Program-made: the position numbers and the translations under genes | The notes under the pieces: model-generated | The model's input: the letters and a program-made list of their open reading frames with translations, nothing else | Databases searched by the model: none | Told to the model about the DNA's origin: nothing | NCBI RefSeq assembly: GCF_006345805.1 | Contig: NC_043000.1 | Location: 164,486,001-164,550,000 of the forward strand | DNA: 64,000 nucleotides | Direction of reading: 5' to 3' | Source of the DNA: Octopus sinensis | Lineage: Eukaryota | Shown here: positions 63,853 to 64,000 of the stretch, one piece after another | How positions within the stretch are numbered: the stretch's first letter is position 1 | Layout of the letters: the number at the start of each line of letters is the position of its first letter

Positions 63853-64000
63853 CATTATGTTTTTATTGCAGGCGATTTCAATCATCCTGAGATCAATTGG
63901 GAAACCTTCCATTGGCCACAGAGTGCAAACGATTTTGTTGAGCTTGTGCTGGACTCAAACTCGTCACAAGTAGTCACCTCTCCAACAAGAGGCGACAACA
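63853..64000 (+). mobile_element. CR1-type apurinic endonuclease fragment running off the window end
   Basis: HYVFIAGDFNHPEINWETF...VTSPTRGDN (GDFN and PTRG motifs of LINE endonucleases). Confidence 0.8.

Overview
AT-rich, repeat-dense eukaryotic genomic DNA, most likely a coleoid cephalopod (Octopus-type SINE/LINE content and microsatellites; recognised from memory, not database-verified). The only host gene I can support is FBXO9 (F-box only protein 9) on the minus strand. I assembled 13 coding exons from 39585 down to 8218 (1383 nt, 460 aa plus stop), all GT-AG and phase-consistent. The start-codon exon is unresolved and lies upstream of 39585. The rest is mobile and repetitive DNA: RTE, CR1 and R4/Dong-like non-LTR retrotransposon fragments (three near-identical young CR1 copies), several tRNA-headed SINE families, hAT- and piggyBac-type MITEs, an internally deleted Merlin transposon with an exact 8-bp TSD, a non-autonomous Helitron, two long-TIR elements carrying TTAGGG repeats, three unrelated palindromes embedded in (TA)n, a ~3.75-kb 22-bp minisatellite and a ~370-bp inverted repeat pair. 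Best leads: a 354-bp head-to-tail unit with a hammerhead-ribozyme-like core (retrozyme-like), a second minimal hammerhead-like motif, a microsatellite-abutting cluster of R4-like elements, and a CpG-depletion boundary near 43.5 kb. Repeat boundaries were read by eye and are approximate (tens of bp) unless a TSD or TIR is quoted.
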